From the NCBI GenBank assembly GCA_000165425.1, contig CT868658.1:186001-250000 (forward strand): a stretch of DNA of 64,000 nucleotides, given 5' to 3'. Within the stretch, counting starts at the first letter, position 1. Each line of letters starts with the position of its first letter. Of the stretch, positions 55,753 through 64,000 are shown in pieces. The translations under genes and the position numbers were made by a program. Origin of the DNA: Paramecium tetraurelia. Its lineage: Eukaryota. Under the pieces are notes generated by a model. It was not told the DNA's origin. It did no database searches and saw only the letters and a program-made list of their open reading frames with translations.

Positions 55753-57978
55753 TCAAAAGTCTGTATGAACATAGGACCATCCATGAATATGAGAGGATAG
55801 GTTCTGATGTTCATTTTAAAAAAGATTCTAACCAATTTATGTATCAATTTTTATTTTTCTGGTTGGCTTAGGAAGTTCTAATTCTTTGTTTTTGACTTTT
55901 TCCCAATCAACATCTTGAAAGTATGGATGTTGCTTGATTTCCAAAGAATCACCAACTCCTGATCCCAATCTTTTGATAGGATTTCTTTTGAGAAGCTATT
56001 TAGTGAAATAATATTTACTAGTTTTATTAAATTTCTACCTTCAAAAGAAATGAACGAAGGAATTTTAAGTGTAGCATTCTCAATATTGTCAAAGAGCTGA
56101 TCCTTTTCATTATCATAATAAGGAGGCACTCCAACTAACAATTCATACATGACTACTCCAAGTAAATACCAATCTACAGCTTTTCCATGGCCTTTTCGTT
56201 TAAGCATTTCAGGGGCTAAGTAAGCAACAGATCCACAAAATGATCTAGCTCCTTGACTAGCATGAAATATGCCCTCCTTTGAAAGTCCAAAATCAGTAAG
56301 AATAGCATGCCCATCAGCATCAATAACTATGTTTTCTGGTTTAAGATCTCTATAAATAATATCTCTTTAGTGCAAATCTTCCAAAGCAAGGATTATTTCG
56401 CAGATGTAATTTTTGACTTATTCTTCTGGAAGTCTTTATTCTTCTTCCAAGAGTTATCCCAAGTCTCCACCTGGACAATAATCTAGCATCATAATCAATT
56501 TATCTGTAGTTTGAAAGGCGTATCTTAACTTTACTATAAAGGGATGCGAAGTCATCGATAAGACATTTCTTTCTGTTTAAGCATAGGGAAATAAATTTTG
56601 TTCTATATTAGGTTTATTACATAGATTTACTTAATACCATGATCTTGTCCAACACCTTCATTGCATATAATTAATTTTATCTCTTGACTAGATAGACTTG
56701 ACCGAAACTACCTTTTCCAATTAAACCCAAGATTTAAAACTACGATAGAGATACATCATCTTCTTTAATGTTTTTACAAGATTCAGAGTAAATGGTTGAG
56801 AAGGTTTGTTGTTTTTTCTGCAATTAATTTTTAAATTATTCAAGCTATTGTAAGGTTGTTTATAATTATTTTATTTTTGGATATGAATCCTAAATCATCT
56901 CTAGATTGTTTGAAGACTTGCATTTTTAAATTAAATTTTTTATCGATTTAATATTTTTTCTTTAAAACATTTTTAATATTGTTTCGGTTTAAGTAGTTTA
57001 AATTATAACTTCTTTCATTCGTTTTTCTAAACGTATTTTTATATTTTTACAATTTGTCTATTCCAAATAGTCTGCAAATATCTGGGCGATCTCTGAATCC
57101 TCAATATAATAATCTGGATATTATGACTCCTGATTTTACAACAGGATAAGATGCGATTTTTGAAGTAAAAATTGGACAATCTATTTAAAATTAAACTTGC
57201 ATGCATAATGGAGAGATGAGTTGCCATAAATATCTTGATGGTTGATGTTGGCTCCCAAATTGATTAATATTTATAAGGTTTCAAATTTCCCACTAAGTTA
57301 ATATATATAAATTAAGTACTAATAAGCACTCAATAGTAAGGGTGTCATTTTATCTTCATTCTATGTATCTATTTGTATATCTTTGTACAGGAGAGCTTGT
57401 ACAAGATGGGTATTTCCATTTCTGGCAGCGTAATGAAGAGCTGTGTTGCCATTTTAATCTCGCGAAGAAACCGAAGCACGAAGGTTCGAATTTACCTTTG
57501 CTTTAGGTGAAAGATTTACTAAATTCAATATGATATAATTACACAGGTTGTGAACCAATGGAGGTTCAAGAAATTAGAGACAAGCTCCTGCTCTATTACA
57601 TGAGCTTTCCTTCAAAAATTGTTCGTTCAATTATGTCCTTAGTTTTTCTATTCCCTCTTGTTTTGGACTTTTTTATTCAATAGTCAGATGATAGTTCTTG
57701 ATTTCGCATTGTTTAAACTCTTCTTCCAAAGATTGCAGTTTAGTCAACTTGGTCATTTTTGAAGTGAAAGGAAGATTCAAATTTTGATAGGATTTGGCGG
57801 ATCTATTTGAAAATAGTTTTGGTTAGAACTATTTGCAAGTCAAATGTATCTTTGGGATAAGTATTTTCATTTTTTTTTAAGGAGTAAGAAATTTATTGGA
57901 TTTGGGACTTCTGTGTTCGTGGATTTATCTCTATTTTGTTTGATATTCAGAAAGAGTCAATTTGCGATGACTGTTCAT
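55753..57978 (-). CDS. Ankyrin-repeat AGC-family protein kinase
   Basis: [18 protein letters not shown] and GNSSLHYAC ankyrin repeats. Kinase [40 protein letters not shown]-terminal HGWSY tail. Confidence 0.92.
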
Positions 57979-58337
57979 AGTTTCTAGAAGTTAATAAACT
58001 TAATTAAAATATATGTGTATGTAATTTTATGGTGGTTTTGGATGTAATAAATTTAATCAGAAACTATAGATTCATATTTAAATTCTTATTAAACAAATAA
58101 GTTGATATTATTTTTGAATTGCATTAATATTGTTATTTTTCATATTTTCATATTTAAACAACATCCATATTCTTCTATATTCTTCTATTTTCTTATATAT
58201 AAAAGATATCTAGCCATCCCCATTAAAAACATTAACTAATTACTAATTCCTATTATTATGTTGTTAATAAATATATATATATAAATGAGTTCAAATATTT
58301 TTTAGGTCATTCCTGATAAATTAAATTATTTTATTTA

Positions 58338-59236
58338 ATGAAAGTGGTTCAAAATCCAACACAATATTTCTTTGAATAATCAAATAATCCACCTACCGAA
58401 TATTTACCAAAAATCAATGAATTTGTCAGCAAATTGCTTAATCAAAAATAATGCATTTTATGCAAAAATGATTACAATATGAAAGATAGACTGCCCAGAA
58501 TACTGATTCATTGTGGACACACTATTTGCACAGCCTGTCTCACCAATTTTTATAGGTAATAATCGTTTCTTATAATGTATTTAGAAACAGAAGAGTAAGA
58601 TGTCCTCTATGTTTAAAATTAATTAAGCATCTTGATTCAGTTGATAGATTGCCAGTATAATAATAATATTAAATGATAGATTAATCACACTATTTTCACC
58701 AGAATGGCAGATGATATAAATAATAAAAGCAAATAACATGGAGGCACAGAAGTCATAGATCCACAGCAATATTTGTTCACACAATTCCAATAATCAGCAT
58801 TGTAATCACAAAAGGCACGTCAATAATAATAAAATGCATATCCTTAAGTGGATCCAGATTCAGGATTGGAGTTTTGTGAGTTTCATAATGACAGAGTGAA
58901 ACATTTCTTTTGTATGAAACATAAAGTGACATGTTGCAGAGTGTGTTCAGAGATGATTCATTAAAAGAAAGTATATAAGGTGTGTTAAATTCAATAGGAT
59001 TGCATTGTGGTGGATTTATATGAAATTGAAGATGTGCCACAATTTTTGAAAGAAGCCTACAAATTGAATGAAGATAATGCCTAATAGCAGAATCAAAGAA
59101 GAGAAGACATGGGTTTCATTTAAGATGGTGAAGGAAGTATAATTTTATTGTTATAAATTTAGATGATGGTGACAATTAGTTTAATGATGATGATTTAGAA
59201 GATGAATTTGAGGGAAACAGCGTTCAGAGCATATGA
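58338..59236 (+). CDS. RING + B-box zinc finger protein (TRIM-like N-terminus) with acidic tail
   Basis: CILCKNDY...PRILIHCGHTICTAC...CPLC (RING) and CEFHND...FCMKH..CCRVC...H (B-box). The start could alternatively be near 58285. Confidence 0.85.
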
Positions 59237-59678
59237 ATATTTTAAATATTAATATTCATTTACATCTATAGTTTTGAAATTATTCTACTCTCCTTCCTTT
59301 GTTTTGATTCCTCAATTATATCATAGAATAAATAGATTATATGAATAATCCTTATTTTTAATAATGGATACTAGAAGAATAAAATTATGATCCCTTAGTT
59401 AAAAGGTGTTTATTGAAGGAACTCTATTAATTGAATCTCTTTTTTATATGTTTTAATCATTTTTTGATACAGCATTCATTGATGGTTACACAATATGTTG
59501 TATTGTTAAAGTGGATTATAACACATAATAAGCTGATTTGTTTTATTTATGAAATAAAATTACCTTATTTTGGGATCTTAACAATCCTTTTTGACAGTTT
59601 GTTTCATAAAGTAGTTTTAGAATTGGAGATCATTTAGAGTGTTATTGATTCATTTTATCAAATTTTATTATTATTTTA

Positions 59679-60377
59679 ATGGCTCATAAACTATCATAAA
59701 ATTGGGTATTTTGGTATGCTCCTAGAGGCAGAAAAGCTATTGCAGGTTCAGATCATTATGATGTAAATTTGAAAGAAATTGGGGAATTCAATACAGTCGA
59801 AGAGTTTTACACATATTATTGTTTTTTAGGCAGACCTAGCGAAGTAAGTTTTTAAACCTAAGAATAGATTGAAATTGACAACAAAATAATGTTGTTTAGG
59901 AAGGATCACAGACCAATGTGGGAAGAGTGTTTGGAAGGAGGCACATGGATTATTCATTTTAAAAAAAGAGAGAATGAATTATTGAATAAGAAATGGGAAG
60001 CCTTATTGTTAGGTATTAATTGTTAAGTCATGGTAAGCATGCATTGGCGAGGAATTCGATGATGACAATGTAATTGGTGTAGTTTTGTCCATCAGAGAGA
60101 GAAGAAATTTGTTGGAAATATGGTTGAAAGACAGAAAAGAGAGTGAAAAGTTGAGGATTGGAGAGAAATTAAGAGTGGCTTTGGAAATGGATCCAAACAA
60201 TCTTACATTCTTCTTCAAAGAACACAGCAAGAGCTTGAATGTATAATTGAAATTATGAATTAGGATAAATCAACTATGAAAGGAGCTGAATCATACACTT
60301 TTGTAAAAACTCCACTTGAAACTCCATAGACTGAACCAAAAGGACAACACCCAGATCTTGATCAGTTTAAATTATGA
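59679..60377 (+). CDS. eIF4E: Eukaryotic translation initiation factor 4E family member (divergent)
   Basis: HKLSQNWVFWY, FNTVEEFY, LFRKDHRPMWEE..GGTW, W..LLLACIGEEF, GVVLSIR, EIWLK. Confidence 0.92.
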
Positions 60378-60588
60378 TTAATTATTTGCACAAATATATT
60401 GGTTACAAATTTATTAATAAATAAACTTCAGCAACTATTATACTCACAAATGCCCATGTTCCCAAGATTTAAGTACGTAATGTATTTTATTATATAAAAA
60501 TTTATCAAAAATATTTAACCCATTTTTATTCAGATGTGAGCTATAAATATTTAAGAATTAAATTCCAACTCTATTCTAATTTTATATC

Positions 60589-61097
60589 ATGCAAATTCAC
60601 TCTGAGTACACTTTCAACTTTGATTGGGAAACTGTAGTTAAAGGATTCTGGAGAAAATACCCTTGCAAAGAATTCGATTTCATCAAGTTTAACTAAGTTG
60701 TAGATATGATCCTCGATGACAATAATAAAATGCAAATTAAAAGAATAGTAAGAACAAACCCAATAATTAGGTCTATGCACGTAAATTCACTGTTTGGTGT
60801 TTGACATTGGAGTAGATCACAGTTGATCTTGAAAATAGGAGCATGGAAATGTAAACGAAATTGCTTAAATCATGCAAACTCTATCCTAATCTAGCAGGCG
60901 ATGAATCAATTATCTATAAGGCAATAGACGATTAAAAAACTCATTATTCTGTATCCTATTCTGATTTAATTTAGAAACTATTGTCAAATTTCCAATAAAC
61001 TTTCATAACAAAATTAATATCCCAATTCAACTCTTCTTTTAGAAAGGGCATAGAAGTAGTAGAAGCCAGATGTAGAGAATTATAAAATAATCAATGA
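60589..61097 (+). CDS. PRELI/MSF1 (Ups) family lipid-transfer protein
   Basis: EYTFNFDWETVVKGFWRKYP is a PRELI N-terminal signature. Two introns, TGA 61095-61097. Confidence 0.82.
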
Positions 61098-61599
61098 TTA
61101 TAATTAATATATGCCCTAATTATTTTTAATATAATTATGATGAAATAAAAGAATCATTAGGAATAATCCATAAACACAAAGAAGCTCAATAGAATAATAT
61201 ATAAACAATATATCGCGCAGATAACTACAGAAATTTTGTTTGCTTGCATAAAACCTATATTTAATAACTTTTAAGAGGAATTAACTAATAAGTAGATCCT
61301 AAAAAAAGAATAATACTTAAATATGAAATGTTCTTTTTAAATAAAAATTATGAAAAAGTTATTTTAAACTTTAAATTGAGCAGAAGGCTTTTTTATTTAT
61401 GAATTTTAGAGTTAAAAATAAAAGGGAACTAGTCATAAAAAGGGAAATTTATAGTATTTTTATTATATTTGAGATGCTGATAAAATTTAGTTAAATATAT
61501 TTTGGATGTGTTTATAAAATGCAAATTGAGTATTTTTGAAATATTATATTTGAATTGTTGATTTACTCAGCAGATAATCTATAAAATTAAATTATATTT

Positions 61600-64000
61600 A
61601 TGATTCAAAAGAACGTAGTTGAGTATCTTCTCAAAGAGTTGTAGATCTTTTTGGCTCTCCTTTTGGGTAGTGATTGTTGCTAATGTAGGACTGTATCAAT
61701 CTCAAGGTATTGATTCAATTTTACCGATAATTTTGAATTCAATAGTTGAAATTGGTTACTTATTTCTTAAATATAAGAATAGTGATCATATTAAAAATGT
61801 TTGGAGAATAAAGATCATTTTCATTCTGATTCAAATTTCAATGAATATTGAGATGTGTCAATTCTGTTTAATAATTGTGCATTTGATTGAGGAGGATACG
61901 ATTTAAACTTTTATATTGAGCACAGTGTTTCTCATCAGTCTAATCCAGGAACAAGAGAATAATTATGTGACTGAAATACCATTCAACTTGCTGTTTTTCT
62001 TTAATGTAATATTTTTGATGGGCTTGCTCTTTATGAAATGGAAATCACTTAAATCCAACGAAGCCTACCTAGAACAAACCTTCAAGTAGAAATCATTAGA
62101 ATGTATGTATATGACCACTACTTTCATAGTAAAGGAATCAATAAACAATAGAGATTTGGTAAGCAAATCCAATCAATAATAATCGGTTAGTTAGGATATC
62201 AATGCTATAAAAATGGAATGCAATGAGGACGAAATCGTTTTATAGAATGTGGCTTGGATTCAAAATCAATCTGCTTTAGTCTATAACAAAAAGCTTAACA
62301 TAGTTTATTAGAATATATTTTTAGGGAAATTACTCAAGCAATCGAATTTGGATGAACAATAAACCCAATAGTAATCAAAACCAGATTATGAGGAGTTGTT
62401 CCTTGATTGTTAGATTTTGGTTGGAAGCAAAGAATTGATGGAAATCAATAGCAATAATAACGATTAGTCTGTAAATAGCGAGTAATTAATTATATAATGA
62501 AAAAGTGGCTCATTTTTGCTTAATAGAGTGAATGATTATCACAAATGCCGGATGAAGTCAAGTCTGACCATCAGAGATTTGAGTCTAATGATGCAAAACG
62601 AGATCGATAAGTAGTTTAGTTGGAATTAAAAAGAGATGGCGACCGAGCATGGTGACATTGTTTAAATTGAGGAGCGAAGTGTTCGATTTTGAGAATATCC
62701 AAATCAAGGCTTTTGTGAATAAGGTCAATGAATCCTCCTATCTGATCTTCCTTTTTGAGCAGTAGCCTCCTCAAAGAAAGAAGGAAGACACCGCCTAACC
62801 AATCATCAACGTATTCTCAACCTTTGTGCACGAATCAGTAAGCTATATCAACTGTATATTAACCTTAATTTTACTCACACAACATGAACACGAGAACACT
62901 CTCAAAATCTCATTAAAGCAGCATTATTACATGCCAATAAGGATGATGAGTATGAGATATATCCTATTTGTCAACAGCATGAGGGATTACATCTTCTACA
63001 TATAAAACTAGTTATTCTTAAGAATTTCAGCATTCAAGGTGAATGACTTGATAGAAGAATTACTAATTGTCTATGAAGACAACCTAAAAATTAGAGAAGT
63101 GAATTTAACAACATCCATAGATCTGAGTGACAATAATCAAGTCATATTCAGCGATTTAGATAGAGTAATAACATAATTATGATTAATTAGTTAAAATAAA
63201 TTCTAGCATGTTTATTCTCCTATTGTTTGAAATACACATCTGCATCATAATTAAAATTAGATATCAAAAGTTATACTGTCAGCGGTATTATGGTATCTTT
63301 TAAAGACAGCATGATAGCTAAAGATGAAAATATGAGAAAATCAATAACCAATTTAGTTAGACTTCTCAATTCTACTCTTAAAATGGCTTCATTTTATGAT
63401 GTTGATCTTAACAACCCATTGGAATTATAGATCTGTGTTATTTTATGTTGGTAATTGTCTGGTACATTCAAAAGAGGTCTCGAATTCTTGTATGATAGTT
63501 AGGGATATGGTACCTTCACTTTTGTAATTGAATCTTAAACCAACCAATAAAGAATGTAATCTCGTCAAGATACAGGCCCAATCAAAATATTAGGTCAAAG
63601 AAAATATTATGAAACATCATTATCATTATTATTGGCTTAAGATAGCAGTGGCTATAGAGAGGAATCTAAGTAATTCATCTTTTCATTCTAGATATTTTTC
63701 ATTGACATAATTATCAAAACAATTCTCAATGAAACCTGGAGATCCATTTGATGTTTAGAGTGCTTATTTTTCTTAGATTTCAAGAATAAAATAGGATTCT
63801 TCTAATTCCAAATAAGTATAAAATTCTGGATCCGTTCCAAAACAATCCAAAGAATAGAGCAATAGCTTTTCAGGAACTTGGAAATAAGGGTTTCCTGATA
63901 CAATATAATAGACATATAAAAAAACTAGAAATGAGAAAAGTGATTCATAACATGATTCAATGAAGACACATTCTAATTTTGATTTTGGCGCAGAGTTGAG
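61600..64000 (+). CDS. Multi-pass membrane protein with degenerate histidine-kinase core, 3' end outside window
   Basis: Hydrophobic N-terminus, PAS-like LVYNKKLNIVYQN, H-box-like FSTFVHESVSYIN, N-box-like SDLDRLKQILACLFSYCLKYT, G2-like LELQICVILCWQLSG. Confidence 0.7.

Overview
AT-rich, gene-dense eukaryotic DNA that reads as a ciliate macronuclear chromosome, most consistent with Paramecium. TAA/TAG encode Gln, TGA is the only stop, introns are 20-31 nt GT..AG, and a trichocyst matrix protein gene is present. The supplied standard-code ORF track is therefore mostly fragments or antisense artefacts. Manual translation with genetic code 6 supports about 30 protein genes: TMP, mitochondrial HSP70, SAM-FHA-FHA-RING, PP2C, PX/sorting nexin, an eIF4G-like MIF4G protein, a Cdt1-like protein, an STPG-repeat protein, a CFAP161-calcyphosin fusion, an alpha/beta hydrolase, a minimal cytochrome b5, two degenerate histidine-kinase-like membrane proteins, a triple adenylate kinase, PKA-C, HSP10, CCT3, an IPK, a cNMP-domain protein, a TPR protein, a CDPK, an FG-repeat/Nup205-like nucleoporin, an ankyrin-AGC kinase, a RING/B-box protein, eIF4E and PRELI. 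There are also several decayed gene-like stretches. I saw no CRISPR array, rRNA, tRNA, telomeric tract or recognisable transposon. The most notable observations are complementary degeneration in the two HK-like genes, single-base insertions breaking mtHSP70 and CCT3, a divergent eIF4E and eIF4G-like pair, and several unusual domain fusions. Coordinates and family calls come from manual reading and motif recognition, not from database searches.
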